The notes beneath the pieces were generated by a model that saw nothing but the letters and a program-made list of their open reading frames with translations, was not told the origin of the DNA and ran no database searches. 64,000 bases of DNA from Adineta vaga (taxonomy: Eukaryota > Animalia > Rotifera), in contig CP075494.1 of assembly GCA_021613535.1 (NCBI GenBank), positions 3,100,001-3,164,000 on the forward strand, given 5' to 3'. This document shows positions 37,400-50,074 of the stretch, piece after piece (within the stretch, counting starts at the first letter, position 1; the number at the start of each line of letters is the position of its first letter). The position numbers and the translations under genes were made by a program.

Positions 37400-38755
37400 T
37401 GATTATTATAAATCTTTTCTATAATTAAGTATTAATGATATTTGTTCGTTATTAATTCTAATATTCATTTTATCAAACCGAGTTTGTCCTTCTATATTCG
37501 TTTACTCAATATTGAGTTGATATCTGTTGTGAATAATCTTGTATCATTTGAGTTTATTGAATAAACAAATAATCGATGAAAACCAACTTGATTATGATCT
37601 TGTTCTTCTTATTAAACTTAAAAGGTTCAAAAGTAAAATTAAGAAAATCTGATACAAATGAAGCATAATAATAAAAATAAAACCTAGAAGAAAATGAAAT
37701 AGAATTATTTAAATTGATTCATTACCAATTCCATATAATGAAATATCTTGATAATAATATTCAAAACTTCAACAGAGATCTTTAAGATATTCTTCTGTGA
37801 CTTTCAAACGAAAATTTTCAAATTCATTTTCATAAATATTGAATTTCCCTGGATAATAATGTTGACGTTGTCCTTTTTCCCAAAGACAAATTCGATTAAT
37901 TGGATTAACTCTTGGTCTTCTCTCGAATATTATGTTTTCTATTTCACTGATTTTTTTGTAAGAAATAAATAACACGTTTTGTTTTTGCTATTTCATCTTT
38001 AGTTAAATAATCGTTTTCCAAATAAAAGACATAAAAATATCCAATCATCAAGTGAACGTTCAAAATTTCTAATTCAAAGAAAAGATATTCAAATAATATT
38101 ATCATTGATATATATTGAAATTCTATTCTCGATGTTAGATTATTAATTTATGTTTGTAAAATAAGGTTCATGTGTTGTTAATTCTAATAGAATAGTATCA
38201 CTATCAGTACCATAAATAATCTATGATTATATTCATTTGATATTTTATAAAATATTGAAGATATTTAGAGAAATTGAACATTAATTTTGTTCCAGGTTTA
38301 ATATTTGATATATTTTCTTATATCTTTCAGTTGATGTCACTTCTCGAATTTTATCAGAGATGAGATCGTTTATGAGACTTTCGAGTTTTTGGTGTAACAC
38401 CATCCATAGCTATATAAAGAATTTGTTTTAGTTGGACAATTTGAACGATTTCTTTTAATAGAATTGCAAATTGATTCAATTTGTTTTATCTTCATTTCTC
38501 GGATTAATTTCTGTTGGTAAATATTGTTGCTTTAGATTATTTAAATCAATATAAAGATTATGAAACTGAAAAAGAATTCAATGAAGAAAATAAAAATCTC
38601 TTTTCATTTTACATAATTTACCAAAGATGAATTATATCGGTCGTTTTCTAACGAAAAGGAAAAATTATAGAAAATTCAATTCATCTTCATTATAGATCAT
38701 TTTAATCTTTGCATATTTTTTAATTAACTAATTCGAGAATCCTGGAATGCCCTTT
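37400..38755 (-). pseudogene. Decayed XRN2/Rat1-like 5'-3' exoribonuclease
   Basis: Colinear relics GIPGF, FHNLYIDLN, LYIAMDGVTP, SNIKPGT, YGTDSDTILLELTTHEPY, ERSLDDWIFLCLLFGNDYL, LWEKGQRQHYYPGKF, EYYYQ, YYYASFVSDF; many stops, frameshifts and deletions. Confidence 0.8.
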
Positions 38756-40665
38756 GGAAAAGAAATATTTTATTAGAATCTAAAAATTCATCTATGAAAA
38801 TAAAACATCACGAGATCGCTTCCTTCGTAAAGTAAATTAGAAAAAAGAGAAATGAAAAGTGGCGTCTGAGCTGAACGGTTTACATCTCTAATCTAGATGA
38901 TAGCGAAAAGAAAAGAAAAATTATCAACTTTTAGTATTTTCATAGTATTCACTGCAAAACTTTATAGTTATTGTTTCACTCTAATTGCAATTAAATAATA
39001 ATCTTCATAAAAAAGATGATTACTAATAAATAATATTTCATACATGTGATTAATCTTATCAATACGAGATTAATGAATAAATAGAGAGATTATCAATTAC
39101 CTTCAATAAAATAAATCTAATAAAATAAACTTCAGAATAAAAATCTTTCTGGATGGAAAATTCCAAATAAATCTGTGTAAAGAAAACGTTCTTATTCTTC
39201 AAATTAAATAAATATAAGAGAAAAGAAACATTGAAGATGTTTGTTCATTTTATTAGTAATTGAGAATAAGAATTTGTTGGTTTTTTTTAAATTTAGGCTA
39301 AACATTTTCTTTCTATGAGATTATAGAGAAATATAAAAATAGTTTAATTAGAATACTCGAAATGATCTGTTACTCTTTAAAATATGCTTTTATTCTTTAT
39401 GTCTTTTCATTGATTGTATCGACCAATAATCAGATCTGTTTTGAGAAGAGACTTTTTGAAAAATACGAAAATGAACTTATGGAAATAAATTGATAATATT
39501 TCATATAATAATAATAGATTATGGTTTTCTTTAATTTTTGTATTGTCCAATGACAAAACAAAGGGGAAGGATTTCTTAGAAATCACAAATGGAACGGTGC
39601 CTTAACAATTGCTTTCTTCGTTGTTTCACTGAACGTGAGTTTTTTTGACAATATTCAAATGATAAATCATCTGAAATCTTTGCTTGTCTAATAAATTTAT
39701 GAACTTTTCTACTCAGTATTCTCTTTTTTTTTATTATAAGGCAAATTTTCACAAAAGAGGTGAATTAATAATCGTCTATATACAGAAGTTTAAAAGAAAA
39801 CATTTGCTTTTAGTTTGAATGAACTATAAGAACGTATATCTCTGATGTAGTTTTATTCGAGATTCTATTATCAACCATAATAAAGAGAAAACTGTTTGTT
39901 TGGGCATGCAAATCCTGAACTGTAGCCATTTCCTTCCATATTCTTGGTGAACTCGACGCGAACCTTTATGAGAATAAACATTCGAATATGATGACTTTGA
40001 TGGATGTGATAAACTGAACAATATTTTACAATCAAATTTGCTTTTTATTTTATCCAATATTTTAACACATTTAACTTTCTCTTATTATCACTTTTTGAAC
40101 AAAAGAAAGTATGTAGTGCAGAAAGAATTATGTTATAGAGAGGAATACAAGAACAGCGAAGTAACTGAATGATCGCTACGTATATTCTCGAGACGAAAAA
40201 ACGTTTTCACACAAAGTCAATTTCACCGACACTAGAAGTATCTTGTTTTTGACCTAAATTTGATACTTCAAAAGAATTTCATTCAATAATAATAACTATA
40301 TCAAGATAATTATTCGGATAAGATGATGAGTATATATTCCTATGTTCATTTTTCTTCAAAAAAGGTCATAGGATAATAAAACAATTGCATATATTATACG
40401 AATTAAATATATAAAATGTTTGTTTCATACTATAAAGCACAATATTCAATAGAAAGTTTTCCATAAGAATATCGTGCACGCCATCTGTTCATATGTTCAC
40501 TATAATGAGTCTTACATGTGATTGGCGTATAATAAATGAGTCATTATCATTTTTCTTTTATAAAAATAAAAATATGTCGGCAGTTTTATCCGTCCGTTCT
40601 ACGTATTTTTGTTTACTGTAGTCTTTACCATGTAAGAATATTTTTGAAGAAGATTAAACGTCGAC

Positions 40666-41341
40666 ATGGGTATTTCTGTATCATATAATAATCAAATGAA
40701 TTCAACACCACTAAGAACAACAATAAATATTTGTCAATGCATTTGTACACTATGTTATTCAACTTGTTGTTTTTTTCTATTCCTTTTTGGTGTCTGTATT
40801 ATTTGCTTAGCACAATTAGAAGATGAATCATTAGCGGTCAGAACTACGGAATCTCTAATAGGTCTCAGCATATTAGTTACTACTATTTATTGCTGTAAAC
40901 GTTCATGTCGTTCATTGAAAAAGTATTCATTAACAACAGATTTTACACATGAACATTTTCAAGTAAAAGGAATTTTTCAACTTTCATTTGTAGAATATTT
41001 CACCATTTTATTCATTTAGAGATCCAATGAACAATATGCAAATAGTAATGAAAATCAACAGTTAGTTTTGTTTTTCTTCTTCTTTTTCTTCATAAACATT
41101 GATTTGTTAATTTTACAGACGAACAAGAAATGATTCTGCCAGTTTACCATCATATAGAGAGTTATTTCCTTCTCGATTAAATCCTTTTCCATTATCAAAC
41201 TCACAGCCACCATCTTATGATGATTGTATCAGAGATTCTGACAATTATCGTCGAATGCAGACGGCATTATCTCGATATAGATTGTTAATAGCTTCAAGTC
41301 AAATGTCTACTGGTAATTCTAATCCGATTGAATATGTATGA
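40666..41341 (+). CDS. Small 2-TM Cys-rich membrane protein with PPSY motif, 3 exons
   Basis: Two hydrophobic Cys-rich helices; short introns ~40963-41019 and ~41061-41119; last exon SQPPSYDDC...IEYV*. Confidence 0.65.
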
Positions 41342-41530
41342 AGAAAGAAGTCAGCCGAAAACATTAAATGTATTAATGAATTTTACAAAAAAAATATTTT
41401 TTTATTATTATGACATTAGATGTCAATCTCATAGAAATCTAAATGATTGTTATGTTAGTGTTTTTGTTGGAAGAATTCAATATATACTTCATAAATATGT
41501 CTTTTCTTCGAATTTGATACAAAGTTTCTC

Positions 41531-41588
41531 TTGAAGGTGGGTGTGGATGTTGGTATCAATTACATGTGCACCTTCATCCACATCCACA
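41531..41588. repeat. Telomere-like intergenic palindrome
   Basis: TTGAAGGTGGGTGTGGATGT...CATCCACATCCACA. Confidence 0.7.
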
Positions 41589-42469
41589 GTTTGGTATGTA
41601 ATACTCGAAAGTTGAATTCAACTATTCAACGATTCATTCAGTTATTTGACTATTATACTTGAATAGTTGAAAGTTTCAGTTGTTCAGTAACAATGATTCT
41701 TGATCTTTTGAAACAAATCAATGATAAATCACTTCTGAATTATCCTTGACTGCTAATCATCAAATTTAATCATTATTCATTTCTGTGCTAAGAGATCTCT
41801 TGAATCGGTGTCATACTGCCGACATCTCACACAAGTCCGATCTCCGTAACTATTTCATTCTCTCATTCACTTTTTCTGTCAAGTTAATCTCTCTTCGACA
41901 GAACTAGTGAAGTCGGTAAGGCAATGTTTACATGACACTACAAAACATGGACGATATCTTCAGGATGAAAATAGAAAGGAAACTTTATCCATGTTAGTAC
42001 AACTTTACGCAGAAAAACAACAGGTTATGAACGCATTTGGCGACTGTCTTTATTTCGATCATTATTTGACACCGATTCATTAATGTTTGTTGCAAAGACG
42101 TTGTTACTAATAGTAGATAACAAAACATTATTTTTGCAAATGAATAGGTCAATGATTAACAGTTCTATCAATATTCTACAAACTATGACCAATATGATCG
42201 AAATACTCTTGAAATATATTAAGGAACGAGTGATTGTTATTCCTGAAATTGATAAAGGTGTCATCGATGATGTAGGTCTACCATCGCATTGTTCATTAAC
42301 AATCAATGACAGCAATGAAAACATTTTATAAAATAAATGCAACTGTGTGCTATTATTTCTCTCAAAATATCTCATTTGCTTATAGCATGTCCTGTTCCGC
42401 CCGTAGAAACATTGAATTACCGTCAGGTGCCACCTCAATTGCTCTATCTATTTTAGTATCCAATGAAAA

Positions 42470-42745
42470 TCAAAGTAAAGAGGAAATAACATTAATCTCG
42501 TGTAACCAAAATATTGATCTTAGGAATGATACAAGGAAAACAACTGAATTACTACAACAGGTGAATGATTATGTTCTCGTCTATTCAAGTCTCTAGAGTT
42601 GTCTGCATCATCAGCGAACTTCATACAGGGAAATTATTGCTTATTTTATCTGGCCGAAATATCGATGACATGATTGATCAAGTTCATGATCTTACACAAA
42701 TTGATTCTATTTATATATTTTTTTATGAACGGTTATCAATATAAT
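42470..42745 (+). pseudogene. Fragment resembling the N-terminal module that precedes ART/TPR domains in rotifer-type proteins
   Basis: KEEITLI...LQQVNDYVLVY...KLLLILSGR...IDQVHDLTQIDSIYIF with stop and frameshift; family assignment is from recall only. Confidence 0.4.
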
Positions 42746-43062
42746 CACATTATGTCAATGAACATCAGCAACGCGAATTATATATCTATTATCATTGTGT
42801 CATATTCTTGATCTCTTCAAAGAAGAGAAAAATAACACAAAATGCGTTTCAAACGGGCGACATCTATAAAACGTGTTTTCATACGTTCTTTCGTCCGAAC
42901 CGCATTCACCAATTGTTCGTCTCGATCTAGATTGAAAGTAAAACTAGGAACTGTTTCTTAAATTGGGTTTTATCCAGTCCTTTTGCACGAAGTCAATAAC
43001 ACTATTATTTTTATTTTGACAAGACCAACAGTTAAATCAATTCAGAGGACAACGACAGACTG

Positions 43063-44326
43063 ATGGTAAGTTGAAGGGAAAAATAATGAACAACTATGTT
43101 AAGTTTTATGATAGGACGACTTAATATCGATGGATCCAACAGCAACTTCGGATCATTTCACTCAAGAAGAAACGGACAATAAAATTCAGGCTGATTGTGT
43201 AGAAACAGCTAATATTCTTTCAAAACGCGACGAGTGGATATTATTAGATGCTCCTAAATGTTCAGAAGAGGAATTACAATAAGAAATTGCCCATTATGGT
43301 TTAGAGAATGATCCTCAAACTGCTCGCTTCTGCAAATTTGTTGCTGTAGCAACAAACTTTGCTTCACTGGAATTTGTTGAACGAATCCAACGTGTCCCCG
43401 AGCTCATTGATAGTATCAAACAACTTCTCGAAGAGATTCAACATGAAATGAAAGAAATGGGCGCATCATTTAAAGAACTGGTTCAATGTTTTAATACTTT
43501 AGTTCTCACCACACAACATAATATGAAAATGATGTTACCAGATCTGAAGAATGCCAAAGATTATATAGATATAACTGTTGACGCACTTCAATCTAATGCT
43601 GACCAACCTTTAAACGATCAAGACCGTTCAGACGTTGAGATGGCTTTAGATGGAATGTGTTGCGGAATTCGAAACTTGCTTCTATTGTCGCAGAAATCGC
43701 GCGAACGCAGTGAGAAACTAGATGAAGACATAAAAAATCTGCAGCAAGTAGTTCAGAATAAGCGAGTGATTGTGGAAGGCCGCATTGATTTCGGTGAGCA
43801 ATTCAAGATCATTGCCCAAGTAATCGGTGCTGCCGGTGTTTACAACGCCACTAATGCTCTCGCAACAAACTGGGTGCAGCATCTCGAACGTATTCCTGGC
43901 CTCATTCGAGTTGGATCTTTGATATATCCACCACTTCGACCTATTCTAGTTTCTGTCGTCCTTGGTGGGATCACTGTGGCTACTATTAGCATGTTGGTTA
44001 AACAATTTTGGCTTAAGCACAATCGACGTGCTTTGAACATTTTAGAAAATCTCTTCGATCATCTAATGCGTCTCAAAGAAGCAAATGACCATTTTACCAA
44101 GTATATGCGCAATTCGGAAGCGAATGCTAACAACGTGCTTATCAACATTAAAACATTGCATCGGCAAATCACTTCGTCTACTCCACGCATACGAAAAATG
44201 AACCAAGCGGTATGTCAGCGAGCCTCAAACGCTACATGTAGCATGATCGATGGTATTGAGAAAATTTTAGCCATCGATATGGAAGACTGGACTTCGTTTT
44301 CTAATCAGGGTATCTTGAGGGTGTGA
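43063..44326 (+). pseudogene. Helical coiled-coil protein with central hydrophobic hairpin (alpha-pore-forming-toxin-like); in-frame TAA
   Basis: ATG micro-exon at 43063, intron 43066-43114, frame open to 44326 except TAA at 43280-43282; the last codons come from a palindrome arm. Confidence 0.6.
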
Positions 44327-44373
44327 ATCGAAATACAGTAAGATCCAACCTCATCCACATCCACACCCTCCAA
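44315..44373. repeat. Telomere-like palindrome overlapping a stop codon
   Basis: TTGAGGGTGTGA...CATCCACATCCACACCCTCCAA. Confidence 0.8.
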
Positions 44374-44738
44374 TGACATGTAATACAGAAGAGAACAGAA
44401 ATTTCAGCTCACTCATGACTGGATGTATGATCTTATTTACCAAGAACCCTTATCTATACTCTCCATGCTCGTATAGTTCAAATTTTAATTAAAGAGTTTA
44501 CAATTTCTGTTGATACTTTATTCTTAATATAAAACAAAGATGCGCTGTCCCATTTCTCTTTGCCAGATATGTTGCGCCATCTTTTGTTATAGAAAAAGGT
44601 TATAATATCTTATTTACAGCTAATCAAATAAGATCTTTGCTGTGTCATATATAAATAAAGGTATATACTTTCGGAATTTTTTCCGACATAAAATTTTTGT
44701 TTGGTTTAGTTTAGAGTGTAAAATAAACGCTTTACATA

Positions 44739-46094
44739 ATGGCTATGACTGTGCCATCGGCCGAACAAGTCTCTATGGTATATATTGAAATCGATAAGGT
44801 TAAAATGGGTCGTGTATTGTTGTCACATTTGTCTACTGCTGCTGAACTTCGCATGAAGCTTTTTGAACGTCATAAAGTATCGTCTAATACACATTTTCTT
44901 GATTCCAAAGACTATCCAGTATCGATTGTGGATGAACAGTCAACCAATATAAATGAGTTGTTGTGCGAAATGAATGTGATTAAATTACAAACCGATGCGT
45001 ATGTTTCAATTCCAGAAAAGAAGTCAGAAATCGTCTCAAGTCAATCTGAATTAAAGTTTGTATCCATAAATAATCAAGACGTTTCAGTACCTCCAAAAGG
45101 ACCAACTATACCTGGTTCAATGCCAACTTATTCAACGAAGACAGTCATTCTAGCAACTCAACTTGATAGTGCAATGTGGAAAAACATATTTGATAACTGT
45201 AGTCTACTTTGTGGCATTCGAATGGATGCAAAAGAACCTCTTCGTGCTATGCATCCCATATTCAAATTCAAACAATCTGATAATTATACACCATCATTTC
45301 AAGTTGATGATAGTTCTTCCGTTCGTACATACTCAAGAAGTATAAAAATGGATAGTTGCTTTGTTTCAAATGATTATTTTGATGGCAATATTAGTATTTC
45401 GTGTCCCTTCATGGGCTTTGGAATAGATCCAGTATATAAAACGGCTAAATCTAATACAAGTGAAGAGAGAGAAATACATGCGACATGTATTTTTAACCAT
45501 TCACGTTCAAGTATTGAATTGAATTTATCATATCTTGAGCCAACAGAGGAATTCATTAAAGACATTGATAATGTTCTACAACACACACCGACAAAGAATG
45601 CATTAAATAGTGTTCTCTCATATTATGGCCATGTCTATCCTCAAAGAATCGTTCTCGGTGGTCATTTGCATTATGCAGAACAACATTGGGTCCGAGGAAA
45701 TATCGAGGAAAAAGAGAGACGAATGGCTGTTGAGACTCGAGTTAAGACTGCTCTTTCCAAACAAAACGACCTTCATAGGTCTTCCATTGCTGGGAAAAGA
45801 TCAAAACGTGGATCATCCGAACAAAATTCTTCTGTTACGTTTGAAGCAGTTGGTGGTGATACATTACTCGTTCGTAATCCTACAGCATGGGAAGAAACAT
45901 TAAATAATCCAATGTTGTGGCGTGTAATTGATCAACGTCATTGTAAATCAGTGCTTACACTCTTAAGTGATAAACAACAAGAAGCAATTCTCAGTAAGTT
46001 AGTTTCAGTCAAGAATTTTTTACATGTACTACTTGCTATAGATATTCCAATCATTCAGAGTACCCATTTTACTTATTTATTATCAACCGACTAA
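44739..46094 (+). CDS. Intracellular MACPF-domain protein (no signal peptide); 3' end probably spliced
   Basis: SYYGHVYPQRIVLGG, FEAVGGD, W...WRVID motifs; splice donor at ~45994. Confidence 0.8.
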   Translation: MAMTVPSAEQVSMVYIEIDKVKMGRVLLSHLSTAAELRMKLFERHKVSSNTHFLDSKDYPVSIVDEQSTNINELLCEMNVIKLQTDAYVSIPEKKSEIVSSQSELKFVSINNQDVSVPPKGPTIPGSMPTYSTKTVILATQLDSAMWKNIFDNCSLLCGIRMDAKEPLRAMHPIFKFKQSDNYTPSFQVDDSSSVRTYSRSIKMDSCFVSNDYFDGNISISCPFMGFGIDPVYKTAKSNTSEEREIHATCIFNHSRSSIELNLSYLEPTEEFIKDIDNVLQHTPTKNALNSVLSYYGHVYPQRIVLGGHLHYAEQHWVRGNIEEKERRMAVETRVKTALSKQNDLHRSSIAGKRSKRGSSEQNSSVTFEAVGGDTLLVRNPTAWEETLNNPMLWRVIDQRHCKSVLTLLSDKQQEAILSKLVSVKNFLHVLLAIDIPIIQSTHFTYLLSTD

Positions 46095-46657
46095 TATTTT
46101 TTTCATTCCCTAGTTACTATACATGCAAAAACCTAAAAATGCCTTTGTTTAACAGTTGTTTTGTTTACATAGGAATCGATTCTTCTCTAAATGCAGAATA
46201 TCACGATAAAATTGGCATACAGCAAAGTCCTTCAGAACTCTCAACAGACTGACAGAGATCGAGTGAACAAGATAATAAGAATGGAAACGAATTCAACTCT
46301 GTTAATCCCAAAAGCAACCATAGTATTAAATGGTACATAAGTGTAGCTGTCATAGGAATTGTAGGTGTTTCGGTGATCGTTTACTTTAATTCGACACCTC
46401 GTGCTTCTTCTACACTCCTGCGACATCACCAAAAAAAGTATATTGAATCATTTCAAGTCCTAAAGAATTTAATGGTAAAATCTACTTTTATCAAAAGATT
46501 AGTAAATTTTCAAAAATAAGTGTTTTTTTTTCTGTTACACTAATGAATTAAATAACCACACAATCAACACATTTTGTAATCAATTATGAACTGTAAATAA
46601 TTATAATGTACTTTTATTTTCTTTGGTATAGAAATTTATATTTATCAACAAAATAAA

Positions 46658-46714
46658 TTGAGAGTGGGGTTGTGAATATTCTCTCGTTTCTTTTCAAGAA
46701 ACTCACATCCTCAA
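46658..46714. repeat. Telomere-like intergenic palindrome
   Basis: TTGAGAGTGGGGTTGTG...ACTCACATCCTCAA. Confidence 0.7.
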
Positions 46715-46810
46715 TAATAGTAATGTTCAAACTATGATTCTTATTTCTTCAGATACATTTTTATTGGATATCTTCGGAAGAATATTAATTAAAGTCGTCT
46801 CTGCATCTGC

Positions 46811-47689
46811 TCAATCGCTTATCATTGAATATCGTGGTGGGAGTGATTGCGATTCTGGTTGATGCATAGGTACAAAATTAGCAGTTGCAACTGAATAGGA
46901 TGGTGGTGGTACTTCGTATGTATCAGGATTTGGTGGAAATGGAATTGTAGTATCAGTATTATATTCAGACTGAACATCAAAAACTGCTGTTGGTTCTCGT
47001 ATAAATTGTTGTTCACGTGGTTGTACTATCTTTCGTCTTAACGTAGTAATAATAGAAGATGGTGAAAATTGTTCTTGTCTTCTTTGATAGCAAACACAAG
47101 CAACACAACAAATAATCAAGCATACAAATACAACCATCACCGGAATGATGATAACTACAGGATCGACACTAGTTGTGACATCTACATAAAAAGAATATTG
47201 TATTATATATGCTAAAGCAGTCATTCTATTTCACAATCTTGAGTTTTGCGCAAACTTCAACATCATTAAATAAATAACGATTTCGTTCCGAAATTATTCA
47301 CTCGTTTTGGATGCTTATCTATAATCAAATAGACGGAATCGAACCCTATAGTAGAATGTAGCTAATTTATCAAATGATGTTGCAGTTTCAGAAATTAATT
47401 GAAACAAAATGTATTCTCGTATGTTTTTTTTGTCTGAAAATACCTGATGATGTCAAATATGATACTGTAGAAGTCGTAGGCGTGTAACCTAGTGCACGAA
47501 ATGTAGAAGTAGAAGGTGTACTTATGTCCTCAGATTGAGCACGACATGACCCGACAGATCTTCCACAAATGTTAGCAACTACAAGAAAACGAATACATAA
47601 TTGTTAAGCTCAGTTTGTTAATTGTTATTACCTGAATTACAGCACCAAGTACGTCCATCTTTATAGCAGGGTATGTCTAAATTTGAAGA

Positions 47690-47720
<31 letters not shown>

Positions 47721-47857
47721 ATATGGCATTTATTTCAATTATTATCGATAATATACGTACCGTCTCGATGACAATCTCTAATAGCATAGACATTGGTAGA
47801 TTTCAAAATATGAAGAATCACAATCGAAAATATGAGATTATTTAATCGATCAAACAT
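46811..47857 (-). CDS. Type I membrane protein with small Cys-rich ectodomain and PPSY tail (Shisa/VOPP1-like architecture)
   Basis: Signal exon MFDRLNNLIFSIVILHIL, Cys-rich mini-exons, TM VVIIIPVMVVFVCLIICCVACVC, PPPSY and PPRY motifs. Confidence 0.65.
47690..47717. repeat. (TA)n microsatellite in an intron
   Basis: About 14 TA units. Confidence 0.9.
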
Positions 47858-48399
47858 TCTGTGCTACAGAAAATGTTTCGTTGTGTAGTTATGATAGACG
47901 AAACGAAGAAAAATAAGACTTCGATGTGAACACGTGCGTTTATAAAATAGCAATGGAAGTCACGCTGAATAAACATAAAAAGTAATCAGTAACAGAACCG
48001 AAACCAAAACATTTTTCTTTCGTTTGGTGAAAGGAAGTGGGCGTTTGTGATTGAAACAAAATTATAATGATCTTACCTTCATATACATTCGTCCTATCTA
48101 ATAAAAAAGCTTCAATCCGGTAGACTATTTAAATATATAACAAAAATTCAATTCGAAAAGTGGAAAAGAATTTTTTAATGTTTTTACTTAGAAAAAAGTA
48201 GTTTATTCGAATTATTATAAATTTTTATAATATTGTTCAAATATATCAAAATTAGGAATAGAATTTGTCTGGATCAATACCAAGCTTTCTAGCGTAATTA
48301 TTTCCATAATAGACTAGAAGTTCTTCTCCAACCGAAATATTTCGTACTACCAAATAGAAAACATCACCATTAGCTACACATACAAAATGTTATATAAGT

Positions 48400-48880
48400 A
48401 TTTTCATCGAAAACCTCTATGTACAAAAGTCATCTTACTAATGAATGCAATGAGATTTTGTTGAGCTAAAGTATTTGCACAATTAATATATCGAAGCCAA
48501 TTTGACTTGTTGAACTTAGCTGCATCGACATAGTGCATGATTTGGCCTGATTCGTCGAGCACCTATACAATCATAAAATAAACAAGAGACAGAATTGCTT
48601 TTTTTTCTTACTTCCCAAGTGTAACTGCTCATCGCTGCATAATGAGAATCATTATGCTTATCACAACAATAAGGACCAAAATAACTAAGACGAGCAATGG
48701 GACGAGCAGCAAATGCTCCTTGACCCTAAGTGGGAAAAAAAACGTTTTCCATTTTTATTATTTTTCTTCTATATTAATTACAGCGTTTGGAATTGAGCTT
48801 AAACCAATATAAACAGTATCAGAAGGAATGGTTGCCAAAACATAATTATCGACATTGACAAGAAGAGGATAAATTACCTA
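48400..48880 (-). pseudogene. PR/SET (PRDM-type) domain relic, spliced
   Basis: IGLSSIPNA|GQGAFAARPI..SYFGPY..SYTWE|VLDESGQIMHYVDAAKFNKSNWLRYINCA..QNLIAF over three exons; upstream part is disrupted. Confidence 0.7.
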
Positions 48881-49843
48881 AAGATCATACACAATACCAT
48901 AGTTTCTTTAAGTGAAGACACTATTCTTACTTGTGCATCACGAATATGAGTAAATTTTGATAATAGCTGTTTGTTGAGTGGAAATAGTTTGTTGTTGTTG
49001 ACTACACCATAACAGAGAGTTGGCGGAGTATCCTAAAGTTTCATATCGAAATTTATAATAATAGATTTTCATTCCTGACATCATTAACTCCCCGAAACGA
49101 AATCTCCTATTGAAAGACTGATCCATTTTTAGTTCATAACGACTACTTCACAATGATGTCCAGTTGGGTGAGGATCATGATGTTTAAAAATTTCTATTAG
49201 AACAACTTACCAGAAAGAAAAATATATAGTGGATCATGAGAAAAATTCTATAAAACATATTATAATTCACTTTGTAATAAGAATATCTGTACTTGTATCT
49301 GAAAATGTTAATTATCTAGATTGAAAGAAAAAGTGAAAAGTATTGTTGCTGATCGAAAAATATGAGAATTTTCAATAAAAAGCAAAATGAAAAAAAAACT
49401 CCACATACTACTAGTTACATCGAAAATCAATGTTGATTTAGTATAATAATTGAAAAAGAATCGAATAATTGTACAATTCTATAAATCGCATTGATTGTGA
49501 TTTGATAATTAAATGTTTCAATTGTACTTTCAAGTTTGGTACTAATAGTTTTTGTTCTCAACTTTATCGGTCTTTACATAATTACGGTCGATTATTGATC
49601 TTGTCTTATTTTTCTTTGTCTCTTGTTACTTCCCTGGTGATTTAAATTAATATAAAATCCTGTTTCTTTTTTCTCTTCTTTCAATACGTCGTTCAAATGT
49701 AATTGAATTTAACAATAATGTGTGTTGTGCCGATGCAAATCAACAGGCAAAAGGCTTCTATATTCTTTTTCTTTTTCTAAAGCAAAAAAAAACCAAGTTG
49801 ATGAGTCATATAATTACATCAATGCAACCTATGAACAAAGAAC

Positions 49844-49887
49844 TCGAGGTTGGGTATTCCTTGTATCCATCTAAGCCTTCACCCTCT
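49844..49887. repeat. Telomere-like intergenic palindrome (degenerate)
   Basis: TCGAGGTTGGGT...CACCCTCT. Confidence 0.5.
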
Positions 49888-50074
49888 ACGCAGTTTCATA
49901 TTTACAGTATTTGACACCATGTCCTGTTTTCTCTGGAAACATGTTCTTTCCGAATCTTTGCTTAAAAATATCGATGTAAATATAAAATAATAAGTAAGAA
50001 AAACAGAAAGAGAAAAAACTCTCTTATATCATTTTTCTACAATCAATTATAGCCTGTCAAATCAGTCTTACATA

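Noticed and set aside
6079-43282. Alternative genetic code or systematic stop readthrough explaining the in-frame stops
   Set aside because: All three stop codons are involved, all three also terminate intact genes, and frameshifts co-occur; pseudogenisation is simpler.
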